Source: Eledone cirrhosa (Eukaryota). From it: a stretch of DNA of 64,000 nt. The notes under the pieces were generated by a model. That model did no database searches. It was not told the origin of the DNA and was given only the letters and a program-made list of their open reading frames with translations. The stretch lies in assembly GCA_964016885.1 (NCBI GenBank), contig OZ024741.1, forward strand, positions 35,216,001 to 35,280,000, written 5' to 3'. Shown here piece by piece: positions 13,671-25,921 of this stretch. Numbering within the stretch: position 1 is the stretch's first letter; each line of letters opens with the position of its first letter. Made by a program: the position numbers and the translations under genes.

Positions 13671-15014
13671 CGAAGGTCACCCAGGGAGAAAGCCCACAAA
13701 AAGCCATAGTAACCCTCCCAGTTTGTCCTCTTCTAAGGAAAGTGGTAGGGTAATCCTCACAATGGACTCAACTGATAGCCAGATCTGTCCCACATGTGTT
13801 CAACATAAACCTACAAGTCAGCAATGCTTGGGTAATTGACGAGTGCATGCAGAACAGCTATATCATCCTACACACATCTTGGATAGGCCCGGCTTACGGC
13901 ACTGCTGTTCCTCTAGAGTTTATTTCAAACTGGCAATGCACCTTGGCAGCACTGCCAAGCTAGAGATTTCTGGAAGTTATCCATGGGCCCTAGAGAAAGT
14001 CCTCTGGAAAAGAGTGGCTAATTGATTTTCATCAATGTCCAGAGTCTCCCCAAGAACATCATCACTTTTACCCATTTCTAACCCTCTGTAGAACGCCAAA
14101 GTGGAGTTTCCTCTGATTGTACTGCCCAATTGGCAGAAGGCTGTGAGTGCTTAAAGACACTCAATTCATGTCCTATTGTGCCAAATCAGCGAGGGCATGT
14201 CTTCTTCTCATGTAGTTGGCATTGGTGTTGACGTTGCTATTGTTTTTGGCCTTTGTAGGTGCTGGTGGTGTTGAAAGGAGAGAGGGCCTTTCTTTCCTCG
14301 TGGTATATTATGGACAGAAAGCCCCATGAGTATTACACTTTGGTTTTCTACCTTCCATGATTATTGGAAGGTGGGTGCTATCTGCAAAATCTATCATATC
14401 AGGGATGCCCTTGATGTACATTTAGTCTGTTTGGATGAGTAGCTCCATCCTCGATCCAGACTAGTTTTATTTTTTGATTTTTGTACACCAATAAATTGAT
14501 TGTTTTGTCCTCAATGTCTGTTAGGACAGCTGTGACTAGCCAAGGAATGACTATTGTGGATGGCATGAGAGTGAGTTTGCTGCACCTGAGAGGAGCTAGG
14601 GAATGAGATTTTGCTTCCTGGGGTGTGAAACATAAAATATCCACCAACCCAATTTGTTTGCCTCGAGTGGTATGTTTTGCATGCTTTAGCTCCAATTGTC
14701 GCCATATAACAAAGTTGATTTTTCATCACGTTGGATGGAGGTTTGTGGATCCTTCTTTTCAACCATTTTCTTTGTCTCTGTTATTTCTTCCTCTTTGAGA
14801 GATTTTTGGTTGCCCCTGCAAAGGAAGCAGCTGGATGGATGGGTGCCCTTTTTGTGGCAACAGCTTCATTTTTCTTTGAAACCATGTTATTCATTACTTG
14901 ACTGGTTGACTGACTGGCCAACCCAGTGACAGACACTGTCTCAATTTTTTTTTAATTGTTGTTACTGTTGCTGAATAAATAAAACAAAGATATATTAATG
15001 GGGTAAAAACTTAC

Positions 15015-15068
15015 TGTTGATCAGTAGGAAAACATTTCTCAAAGTGCTCATACCATAAATCTGATTGT
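15015..15068 (-). CDS. Candidate internal exon of the gene at 16196-16939
   Basis: Acceptor TTTATTGCAG and strong donor GTAAGT flank 54 nt open in two phases; linkage to the upstream exon is unproven. Confidence 0.3.
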
Positions 15069-15755
15069 CTGCAATAAATAAATGAGAAGTTCCATTAAGA
15101 AAAAACTATTACAACCCCTACTAACATCCGAAAGTAGATTACTGTTTAGTGCCCAGTCTCATTACAATTTTGTTAATAATGCATGCTTTTTCATAATGAA
15201 AGTTTGTAGGGATATGTTTCTATGATGTAGCTTATGATTAATGATCCTTCGATTTCAGTAAACAACAAATTTCAGCATTGTCTGAATTTTCTTTTATAAA
15301 GTTAAATTCCTTCATTGTGGAGAACTAGTTTGGGTAAATCATTTCTCTTTAAATTGTAAATTAGTTGATAGGTTTTTTTTTTGTAGTCCCACTACTCAAG
15401 AACCCCATAACACCCTGGAAAGATAACCTTATGATTCATGTTGATGTAATATTAAATATATATATCCCCACACCACCCTTACTCTGTAAAGTTGTTGGTA
15501 TCACAAAAACATCCAGCCCATTGTAAAGTGGTTGTGAAGGTGTCACGACAAAAAGCACCCAGTCCACACTGTAAATGTGGTTGGCATTAAGAAGGGCATC
15601 CAGCTAGAAACAGTCCTATATGAGCGAGACACGGTCACTCGATCCAACTTGCTTCTAATGGGACAAACCCGCCTAACCCATGCTAACATGGAAAATAGAC
15701 GTTAAACGATGATGATGATATATATATATATTTAATTGTTTTAAAATTATTTCAT

Positions 15756-15940
15756 TGGATTGGCAGTATCGGTAGAGGATCGGATGCCATGCTTTCTAGC
15801 ATAGTTACGTCCCTTAACGATCTGAGTTCAAATCTCGCCGAGGTTGACTTTGCCTTTCATCCTTACGGGGTCGATAAAATAAAGTACCAGTAATGCACTG
15901 GTTAATTGCTGGCCTTGTGCCAAAAGTAGAAACAATTATT
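15756..15940 (+). mobile_element. SINE family A copy
   Basis: Close match to 1383-1567. Confidence 0.75.
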
Positions 15941-16195
15941 TTATATAAGCGAGTGTTTCAGCCCTTAACTCCTCATAATAATCAAGATAATTACATACAT
16001 TTTCTACAGGAGCGCAATGTTATCTCTGCAACAATATAATTTGTTTATTTTATAATCCATCAACATAATCGTAATCTATACATTCATAAACGTATTTCAG
16101 TAAAGCTTCCATTAAAAATATGCATTGAGTTATGACTAACACATTCTAAGGCGGGTGTTCTAAACACTAGTTATGCTAGAGCCTTCACATTAATA

Positions 16196-16939
16196 TTAGA
16201 ACTTAAAATTAAAATTGTGATGATAACAAATGAAAATACTATACATTTCATTGTCCAGGGGGGAGTACTTATTGACATCACATTTTTCTTCAATCATCGT
16301 CGGTGGAGTACAGTATCCACTTCTTTCAATTGAATAGTTTTCTTCAATAATAGTTGGGGGATTACAGAACTCACTTCCGTTTGCATCTATTTCTAGGTTC
16401 GTATTAACACTACAATTAATATGATCGTCTTCATCGCCGCTTGCATTCGAACAATATAGATCAATAATAGTCGGTGGTTCACAGAATATACTTTTGTTAC
16501 TCGATGCCCCCCAGCCAGCAACAGTGTGGCAGTTCTTCTTTAAAGGACTCTGAGAAATATCTTTCAAATGTTCATTTGATTTGGGCGCTATTTCTAATTT
16601 ACTCGCCACATTTTGAGTAGCGTTGTGTTTACGAGATGTCGAGCCCTTTTTTTTGCTTACTATACTCTTTGTTCGACGTTTCGCGATTTTCTTGCAGTTG
16701 CCGAACGCAAACTTTTTAACAAATTTGCGTCGCATTTTCTTTATTTTAGATACATAGGAAGATTGTGTAGAAGAAACAGATTTCTTTCTTGAAATATCCG
16801 ACAGTCCGCTATCATGGAATAACTTATTTAGATCGACCACTTCACAATCACTAAATGTATGATCGAATAGTTCGAATACCTCTTCGAATTTCTTCCGTTG
16901 TATTTTCCTGTTTGCCTCCAGGCATTTTACTAAATCCAT
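16196..16939 (-). CDS. Host gene exon; candidate Scm3/HJURP-like CENP-A chaperone (N-terminal domain, basic region, three CxPPTxI repeats)
   Basis: 247-codon non-TE ORF in otherwise decayed DNA. Residues 3-40 align gaplessly to the Scm3 domain pattern. The true 3' exon boundary is probably a GT near 16238-16245. Coding status is more secure than the identity. Confidence 0.55.
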   Translation of the reverse strand: MDLVKCLEANRKIQRKKFEEVFELFDHTFSDCEVVDLNKLFHDSGLSDISRKKSVSSTQSSYVSKIKKMRRKFVKKFAFGNCKKIAKRRTKSIVSKKKGSTSRKHNATQNVASKLEIAPKSNEHLKDISQSPLKKNCHTVAGWGASSNKSIFCEPPTIIDLYCSNASGDEDDHINCSVNTNLEIDANGSEFCNPPTIIEENYSIERSGYCTPPTMIEEKCDVNKYSPLDNEMYSIFICYHHNFNFKF

Positions 16940-17139
16940 AATAACTGAATCTGATCGTGGCGTGATTATATTCTCTGATGTTTTAAACGTTGAGAATAGA
17001 TGACAACCTGAGCGGTGTAATGTGACTTAAGTGATCGCTGAACTATTTAGCAGTTCACCGGTAATTTCACAACAGGTGTTAGTTGCAGAAGCAAACTCGT
17101 CTCATTTGAAATGTGCGATATATTTAGCAACATTGTCTT

Positions 17140-17862
17140 TTTTTTAATTTTTTTTATCGTATACATTTTTATTTTACAAAGCATATAAATAAATTTACAG
17201 TAGAATAACATAACAAATATGTTTTAAATATATACATAAATAACATTACAAATGCTTAGATAACATAAATTGCTCGCGATTCTTTCAGAAGGATATATTC
17301 TTTTAATGTTGCAATATTAAAGAAAATTTAAAGGAAGGGGTGAACAACCGAGCCAACACCAGAGCAAAAGAAAAGACAGCAGCATCGCGATGAGTACCGG
17401 GCAACCTCTCTAATGATTTTTGAGGCAAGCCAGCACACTGCAGCGTTGCCTCGGGTGATGGCGAGGCTAATGCTCTGGAACAACCAAGCGCCCTCACGAG
17501 ATTTGCTAGTTACCTCTATTAGGCGAGCCGCCAGTGAAGAGAGGAACCTCGCAGTCAGCGGCCCGACTCCCCCAAACGCCTCGAAAGTCACAGGCTGAAA
17601 AATGTAGCTGGCCGACAGATCACAATATTTGAGGGTCTTACTCCACTCGGCTGCGGAAACTGTGGCTCTCGTCCTAACCGCAGCATTCAGGATGTGGGAA
17701 GAAGCAAAAGAGTCACTAATAGTGACGTTCCAGACAAGGCACCTGCCTCTCGACCAAGGGCACAGGGTAAGACCGTCAGGTCTTTTGCTGTCACTTCTGG
17801 ACAACCCAGATGGTTCTAAGATTGAGGAGATGTTCGCCCGGATCAAAGCTCTCTTGAGAATA
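17140..17862 (-). mobile_element. CRE-like retrotransposon 3' fragment with 3' UTR and A-rich end, copy 3
   Basis: ORF 17328-17876: KRPDGLTLCPWSRGRCLVWNVT, FQPVTFEAFGG, FQSISLAITRGNA. Confidence 0.85.
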
Positions 17863-18540
17863 AACACCCAGCACAAAATAAAACAATTCTTATTTTATTC
17901 CATTTAAATTATACTAGAACAGCTACCTTGCGATGTCGAGATATTCATAAAATAGAATTTCCGAGTTACTGTAGAAGTTGACTGAATAAAGGTTTTGCAT
18001 TGAACTGTTTTGGGACTTTTCTGTAGTAAGGGTGTCGGACTTCGGGTTCGATTCCTGGATTAGGTTGTTCTTGATTAAAAACACTTCATTTCACGTTACT
18101 CAAGAATAGTCAGCTGAAAAATAGTACCAGCAACAACTGAGTGTTTAATCCTTCGATGGACTGGCGTCCTATCCAGTGATTTAAAAAAAATATTTTTTCT
18201 CTTTTTCGCGTTGATTATATATTTTTGTGTATAATATTTATAAGGTTTCCAGCAATAATTAATTGATTATATGTATGATTTTCTATTTAGTCTTATATAT
18301 TTATTATATGATAATGAAGTTTCAAAGGTACAAAAAAAAACAAAAAAAAATACTGAATACTTTCAAAGGCAGTTTTGTTTCCTTTTATGGTCATTATTCA
18401 CTTGAATTTTAACGTTTTTGGGAAATCGTTTTGCCAACTTCAATTGCACGACAACATTGATTATTGATCAATCTAAGGAATAATTCAGTAAATTTTTTTT
18501 TATACAAAACAGAAGCAAATATATTTATTTCTATTGTTAC

Positions 18541-20184
18541 AATAACGCTTTCAACTCTGTCAGCCGCGATGTCGTCCCCAGTTCAGTAAAAGAGAGGGCC
18601 CCACAGCTCCACCACTTCGCTTGGCAGGCTTATCAGGAGCCCTCCTATCTCTCTTTTGGTGACCAAATAATCACCTCTGCCTCAGGAGTCCAACAGGGCG
18701 ACCCACTCGGGTCCTCTCTGTTTGCACTGGGAATTGATGACATCACCAAGATGGGGTTGAGTTGGCCCTCAACGTCTGGTATCTCGAAGACGATTGTTTG
18801 GGGGGACCTCCGGATAAGGTTCTCGCCACTGCTAACAAAATGGTTGAGAAGCTTGTCCGTCGTGGTCTCCAGTTCAATAGCTCCAAATTCACATTAGGAG
18901 CTATTGAACTGGATACCCCCAACGGGATCCTCAACCACACGGCTTCTCAACATCAACAGACAATTGACGTGTTTACAGTGTCCTTCCCTTCCATTGCGGT
19001 CCTTCCCTCGTCGGTTTGGAGTTCCTTAGGAGCCTTAATTACAGACTTTACCTTCGAGTCAATCTTCCTATCGAAGATGGTTGGCCTTGAGCAGTTGCTG
19101 ATGAATATCGAAGCAATCGAACCCCATCAAGGTTTTTTCATACTCAGAAACTACTTTTCGATTCCTAAGCTTCTATATCTGCTCAGGGTCAGCCCTTCTC
19201 ATAGATTTCCGTCCTGCCTCTAACGCCTCTACGACCTAATCTTCGAGAGTCTCAAGTACTTAGTCAATGCCAGATTCTTTCCAGAGTCCCGTGATCAGGC
19301 TGTGTTACCCAAGCGATTTGATGGTTTTGGTCTTCATAAATGTTCGTCCTTCTCTCTTCCCCGCTTCCTTTCCTCCACCCTGGTGAGCAACATACTCTCC
19401 TCTCCAACATGAACTAGTTCCAACAGGATGAATCTCTCCAACAATGGAATGAGTTGGGCTTGTATGTTCCTGAGAAGGTGGAGGACAGTCGAAGTCAGAG
19501 AACTTGGGACAGCATAAGTTCGAAGGCCACCTTCGACTCCCTCTTCGTCCAGTCGGATCAGTTTTCAAGGTGCCGCTTACTGTCTGCCAGCGCCAAATAT
19601 TCAGGTGACTGGGTTGATGCCCTACCCGTGGCTAACGTTGGTGGCCTACTCAGCTTGGACGAACTTCGTGTCTCGATTGCCCTCACAGTGGGAGCTGACG
19701 TCTGTACGGGTTTGAGGTATCGATGTGGCAAACTTCTCGACTCCACGGTCTTTCTGAATGCCAGTCGTTTCACACGTCACACGGAGCTAAACCTTATTCT
19801 CAAGAGAGCTTTGGCTCGAGCAAATATCCCCTCAATCTTGGAACCATCTGTGTTGTCCAGAAGTGTTGGGAAAAGACCTGACAGTCTTACCCTGTGTACC
19901 TGGTCGAGAGGCAGATGCCTTGTCTGGGACGTCACAGTGGGTGACTCTTTTGCTTCTTCCCACATCCTGGATGCTGCGGTTAGGGCGAGAGCCACATGTC
20001 CGCAGCCGAACAACGGAACAAAATCCTAAAATACTGTGATCTGTCGAGCAACTACATTTTCCAGCCTGTGGCGTTCGAGACGTTTGGGGGAGTCGCGCTA
20101 CCGACTGCGAGATTCCTATCTTCACTGGCAGCTCACCTAACAGAGGTAACTGGTGAATCTCGCGAGGGCGCTTGGTTGTTCCAG
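18541..20184 (+). mobile_element. CRE-like retrotransposon copy 4, 5' part (RT to RLE), interrupted by the Gypsy element
   Basis: NAFNSVSRD, SGVQQGDPLG, WYLEDD, SIPKLLYLLR, KRPDSLTLCTWSRGRCLVWDVT, ending GAWLFQ; frameshifted. Confidence 0.85.
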
Positions 20185-20587
20185 TGTAGCAGTGAATAAA
20201 ATGTATTTTCCTTCTGCGGAGGAATGGTGTTACGGAGGTAAGTTGGCTGAAGTGTGAGCCAATCAAAACCTTCGGCGCACTAATTCGACTGTCCAGAACT
20301 ACGTCACCAGGGTGAGCGGAGGTGACGAAGAGAATCAGTAGTCTACACGCACCTCTCTTATCGACAAGACCAGGCTACACTCATCGCTGCTAACAACATC
20401 TCCATCTTGCAATGAAGCGGACCAAACTACATCCTACACATGTAGATACGACCTGTACCTAATGTATCCGTTCAACATGTACGACTAATAAATAGAGTTA
20501 CAACATCGATAATGGATTTAGTTAATGTTCTAAATGCCTTCTGATCTCTATTATGTATATTAAGAATTGACCCTAAAACCCGTTATA
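20185..20587 (+). repeat. 5' LTR
   Basis: TGTAGC...GTTATA; I see two substitutions relative to the 3' LTR. Confidence 0.95.
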
Positions 20588-20589
20588 AA

Positions 20590-20607
20590 TGGTGACCCCG
20601 ACGTGAT
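20590..20607 (+). other. Primer binding site, tRNA-Trp
   Basis: TGGTGACCCCGACGTGAT is complementary to the 3' end of eukaryotic tRNA-Trp, 2 nt after the LTR. Confidence 0.9.
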
Positions 20608-21249
20608 ACGATACAACAAATCACATTATAAATGGTGACCCGAACGTTTAAGGACATCAACACAGAAGAAACCACATCTTTCCGTTGCAACGAACACATC
20701 AACATTTCGCACCCCCCACCCCCCCCCAAAAAAACAAAGCCACTCGCCTTTTCTCGGGGTATGTACGCGATTAGCGTGAGTCCTAATATGTATTTGATAT
20801 ATTGTCTTATTGTTACTAAATCTGCACATCACACCTTCACTTTCTAACATCACCGAACACATGCGTTAATACAAAAATCTTATTTTCCCCTCTCAATTTC
20901 TGATTGGGCGACGCTATTAAAAAAACTAAAAAAAAACTGTTGGTGCTGATAGCCGGTCAGAGCAAGATGGCCGACTTCCGTCTTCTACAGCTGTTTTCCC
21001 GCCAAAACGACGGAGGCAACGCCATTTTGAAAAGTACACAAAAAAAAAAAAATAATAGGACAAAGATAAATCATAATTTTTTTTTTTAAAGCTTGACGTT
21101 TTTCCCTCCAACATTGTTTTTGATATATTTTTCTTTTTCTGTCCTTCACTCGGATTATATTTTTTCTTGGCCTGAATTTTCACTTTTGTCTCGGTGACAA
21201 GTGCAGAGTTGTCCTTTCTTTGCCCTTTGCTTTTACATCAGTATACACA

Positions 21250-22158
21250 ATGGGTAGCACTTCATTGCCACCGTTTACCGGTGACGTCACTGTCTGGTTC
21301 GCCCAGATAGAAGCACATTTCACAGCGAATAACATCATCAGTGACCACAGACAGTTAAATCTCCTGTTAAGCGCTTTTCCAGCGTCATTGACGTCGGTCG
21401 TCAAAGACTTAATTACCGATCCTCGCCCTGGGGCCTCCTATGAGAGCGTGAAGCTCGAAGTGTTGCGGCGGACCACATTGTCCGCAGAAAAAAAATTTCA
21501 GACGCTCGTCAATGACGAACATTTGGGTGATCGGGCGCCCACACAACTACTGCGTCGGATGAGAGAGCTGGCGGAAGATGCCCCAGCTGACAGTGCCCTC
21601 CTTAGACAGCTTTTTGTCTCAAGGCTACCCCCCGGAGTTCAGGCGATCTTAGCGCCCATGATGGAGGCTGCTCCTGTCGACCAGCTAGCGGCTTCGGCCG
21701 ACAGGGTTATGAGTGTCATCGGACACCCAGCCTCATTTGCCCCCTTCCAGGCACCTCAGCCACCGGCTGCGGTCAATCCGTTCTCTCCTGCCTCCTTCCA
21801 GGCACCTCAGCCACCGGCTGCGGTCAATCCGTTCGCTCCTGTCTCCGTCAATGTATCCCAGCCGCCGACTGCGGTCGCTTCCTTCACTCCAGCGGCTGCC
21901 AGTTATACCGACCAGTCACTTGCAAATGCAGCAATGCTGCAAGCAATAGAGCAGCTAACCAAGGAAGTGAGAAAACTAAGCACTCACAGGGCTCATTCGC
22001 CCAGACGCCGTTTCCAGAGCCGTTCACCCTCGCCACGACGCCGTCACACAAGCAGTTCAGGTTTGTGTTACTACCACAGCCGTTTTGGCGCAGCAGCACG
22101 CTCCTGTAAACAGCCTTGTACATTTTCAGACCAGGGAAACAGATTTCAGGAGACCTGA
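21250..22158 (+). CDS. gag: Gag protein of the Gypsy element
   Basis: ATG at 21250; WFAQIEAHF N-terminal motif, RS-rich tract, CYYHSRFGAAARSCKQPC knuckle. Confidence 0.9.
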   Translation: MGSTSLPPFTGDVTVWFAQIEAHFTANNIISDHRQLNLLLSAFPASLTSVVKDLITDPRPGASYESVKLEVLRRTTLSAEKKFQTLVNDEHLGDRAPTQLLRRMRELAEDAPADSALLRQLFVSRLPPGVQAILAPMMEAAPVDQLAASADRVMSVIGHPASFAPFQAPQPPAAVNPFSPASFQAPQPPAAVNPFAPVSVNVSQPPTAVASFTPAAASYTDQSLANAAMLQAIEQLTKEVRKLSTHRAHSPRRRFQSRSPSPRRRHTSSSGLCYYHSRFGAAARSCKQPCTFSDQGNRFQET

Positions 22159-25100
22159 GCACGGCACAGTCTCCTCTGACCCTTCCTAATAACCGTGTGT
22201 TTTTCATCACAGACACTGAGTCGTAAGCACGTTGTCTGATCGACACCGGCGCGGCTTGTAGCATTTGGCCGCTAAAACTTCTCAAAGAGAAGCCCCAACT
22301 CTCAACCGTCTCTCTGCAAGCAGTAAACCAGTCACCGATCCCCACGTACGGTCAAATTTCTCGTTCTTTGAACCTGGAATTGCGTAGAGATTTCACGTGG
22401 ATCTTCACTGTTACTGATCTGCCTTACCCCATCCTAGGCTCAGATTTCCTGCACCACTATAACTTGATAGTGGATATGCGCAGACGCCGGTTGTTGGATG
22501 CCAACACAGAACTGTCTGTGCCGGGTACCAGATCGACTGTCTCGTCGGTCAGCCCGGTCTTCTTTATCGCTGCTACAGAAGATCCTTACCAATCACTTTT
22601 GCATTCCTTCCCGGAATTAACAAATTTGAATTTTGTGATGAGTGAGCCTACTCACTCCACCAAGCACCACATTGAAATATCCGGAGCTCCTGTGTTTTCG
22701 CGCCCTCGCCGTCTCTCTGCTGAGAAACTGAAGGCCGCAAAGGCTGAATTCAATCACATGCTGCAGCTCGGGATCATTCACCCATCCTCAAGCCCGTGGG
22801 CCGCACCCTTGCATTTGGTACCAAAGCGTTCCGGTGATTGGCGTCCCACTGGGGACTTTCGCCGGTTAAATGCAATGACGGTACCCGACCGCTACCCGAT
22901 ACCACACATACAGGATTTTGCATCTTCGCTGCATGGATGCAACATATTCTCCAAATTGGATTTGGTCAAAGCATACCACCAAATCCCGGTGAACCCGGCA
23001 GACATACCTAAAACTGCAGTAACAACTCCATTTGGAGCGTTTGAATTTTTGACCATGCCTTTCGGTTTGCGAAACGCAGCCAGCACGTTCCAACGATTTA
23101 TGGATGAAGTTGTGCGCGATTTAGACTTCATGTACAACTACATCGACGACATTCTTGTGGCAAGTGCCTCACCTGAGGAACATGTCATTCACCTCCGTCT
23201 CCTGTTCGAGAGATTTTCAAAAATACCAAGTGAGAATTAATCCGGCAAAATGTGTTTTCGGTGCTTCCTCGCTTGTCTTCTTGGGCCATGTCATCAGCCC
23301 AGAAGGAATTTCGCCACTACCTGATAAAGTGAAAGCGGTACAAGACCTCCAACCACCCACTTCACTTCGTCAACTACGACATTTCCTTGGGCTACTGAAC
23401 TATTACAGGCGCTTTATCCCACACTGTGCGGATCTCCTGTCTCCTCTGTCCGACCTGTTACGTAACAGGAAAAAGAAGAACGATTCCATTTCATTGGACA
23501 CGAATCAGCTAAAAGCCTTCGACGAAGTGAAGCGGAAGCTTGCGGAGACATCATTGCTTGCACATCCTGTGTCTGGTGCCCAGTTTTCACTGGTTGTTGA
23601 TGCATCAGGCACAGCTGTAGGTGCAGTACTGCAACAACATCACCAACAACAGTTACAACCTCTTGCCTACTTTTCTAAACAGCTGAAGCCTGCAGAAACA
23701 CGGTATAGCACATTCGGCCGTGAACTCTTGGCTATGTACCTTGCAGTGAAACACTTTCGGCATTCACTGGAGGGTCGCCAATTTGTTATATACACTGACC
23801 ACCGTCCGCTTACGTTCGCACTGCGTTCTAAGCCGGACAAATATTCACCTCGCGAGACTCGCCACTTGGACTTCGTTTCGCAATTTACCAGCGATATCCG
23901 ACACATCTCTGGTGAACAGAATGCGGCGGCAGATGCACTGTCTCGCCTCCCAATTAATTCCCTGTCATCGCCAGCGGAAATCGACCTCCAACGAATGGCC
24001 ACAGAACAACCACCTCTGGATACTTTGGACCTCTCGTCTTCTGAATTTGCAACTGGCAAATTTGCATATCTGCCTGTGCCCACTTCGGACACACAGATTA
24101 TCTGCAACACCTCGACAGATGCACCTCGCCCTCTAGTGCCAGTGACTCATCGTCGAGCAGTTTTCGACACCTTGCACGGTCTGGCACACCCTGGAATATC
24201 GACCACAGTGAAGCTCGTTTCGGCTAGATTCTTCTGGCCTAATATGAGGCGTGACATCACTGCCTGGACACGTTCCTGCCTATCCTGCCAAAAGTCAAAG
24301 GTGCACAAACACATCCGCGCACCCCTTGGAACTTTCAGCACTCCAGACGCTCGGTTCAGCCATGTCCATATATATCTTGTCGGACCATGGCTGGTCAGCC
24401 GAGGATTTACATACCTCCTGACCTGCATAGATCGCTTCACACGTTGGCCTGAAGCCATTCCTTTAAGTGACATTTCGGCGGAATCTGTAGCGCGAGCCCT
24501 AGTATCGGGTTGGATATCGCGTTACGGAGTTCCAGCCACTATCACCACTGACCGCGGTGGACAATTTGAGTCACACCTTTTCCGAGAGCTTTCAAGGATC
24601 CTGGGAATGCAACGCATTCGAACGACCAGCTACCATCCAGCTTCTAACGGAATGATTGAACGCTTCCACCGCCAATTGAAAGCCGCACTGCGCGCTTATC
24701 CGGATCAGCAGCGGTGGAGCGAATATGTACCAATTGTCCTCCTGGGCTGTCGTGCAGCCATCAAGGAAGATCTAGGCTACTCCCCCGCCGAGTTGGTTTA
24801 CGGAGTGCCTATATCTCTGCCTGGTCAGATGTTAGCTCCATTGGACCTACCAACAACAGACCCAGCTTTGTATGTGAGCAGACTGCAATCATATTTCAGC
24901 AATCTTCCGCCTATGCACCCTCGCCAACAGACAATCAAATCTTCGGTCCCGAAAGACATTGCTTCATGGACCCACGTCTTTTTACGAAAGGACGCCGTGA
25001 GAGCTCCTCTCATGCCACCTTATACCGGTCCCTATCGCGTGCTTGAGCGCACAGATAAGCTATTCACCCTAGACATTGGGGGTAAAAAAGAGACTGTGTC

Positions 25101-25296
25101 CATTGACAGGGTAAAACGGGCCTATACAGACACTCTCACACAAGAGCCCCATTCCCCCCCCCCCCCCACATACACCTGGCATCAGCCAAGCCACAATACA
25201 CATATAACATCGCCTACACCTACATATGTCACCACCACACGTAGCGGTCGGCGAGTACATTGGCCCAAGAAGCTTTGCAAGACTCTTTATATATGA
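22134..25296 (+). pseudogene. pol: pol (protease, RT, RNase H, integrase), entered by -1 frameshift; disrupted
   Basis: LIDTGA, YIDD, VDAS/ELLA/TDH/ADALSR, HHCC and GPY motifs. TAA at 22224-22226, +1 frameshift near 23214-23217, integrase HIYLVGP in place of HIDLVGP (24373-24375). Confidence 0.9.
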
Positions 25297-25518
25297 ACTA
25301 TGTTATTTACAGCAATCTTCTTGGAGTTTGCTCCGCCCTTGTATTTGTATTAAATGTATGAACTAAGGTGAACATTACACTATTTCTGACTTTCCTGTAA
25401 TATGAACATTTCTTTATCAGTGATATATTTTATTGTGTTTACTATTATATAGTACTTTTTCTTTCATTCAACTGCTACCCTTATTTCTCTGTCGGCTGTA
25501 AGCCTAAGCAGGGGGTGA

Positions 25519-25921
25519 TGTAGCAGTGAATAAAATGTATTTTCCTTCTGCGGAGGAATGGTGTTACGGAGGTAAGTTGGCTGAAGTGTGAGCCAATCAA
25601 AACCTTCGGCGCACTAATTCGACTGTCCAGAACTACGTCACCAGGGTGAGCGGAGGTGACGAAGAGAATCAGTAGTCTACACGCACCTCTCTTATCGACA
25701 AGACCAGGCTACACTCATCGCTGCTAACAACATCTCCATCTTGCAATGAAGCGGACCAAACTACATCCTACACATGTAGATACGACCCGTACCTAATGTA
25801 TCCGTTCAACATGTACGACTAATAAATAGAGTTACAACATCGATAATGGATTTAGTTAATGTTTTAAATGCCTTCTGATCTCTATTATGTATATTAAGAA
25901 TTGACCCTAAAACCCGTTATA
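25519..25921 (+). repeat. 3' LTR
   Basis: Direct repeat of 20185-20587, preceded by AAGCAGGGGGTGA. Confidence 0.95.

Larger units (their letters stand above)
20185..25921 (+). mobile_element. Full-length Ty3/Gypsy LTR retrotransposon, CsRn1-like clade
   Basis: Two 403-bp LTRs, CCAG TSD (20181-20184, 25922-25925), tRNA-Trp PBS, CX2HX9CX3C Gag motif, PR-RT-RH-IN order, GPY motif, purine-rich tract at 25506-25518. Confidence 0.95.

Noticed and set aside
15999-16026. 27-nt micro-exon, and a further acceptor near 12398, as parts of the HJURP-like gene
   Set aside because: Splice signals are plausible but I cannot fix a unique phase-consistent gene model without transcripts.
17105-17110. TTTGAA CHR-like cell-cycle promoter element upstream of the HJURP-like exon
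   Set aside because: A 6-mer expected by chance in AT-rich DNA; transcription start unknown.
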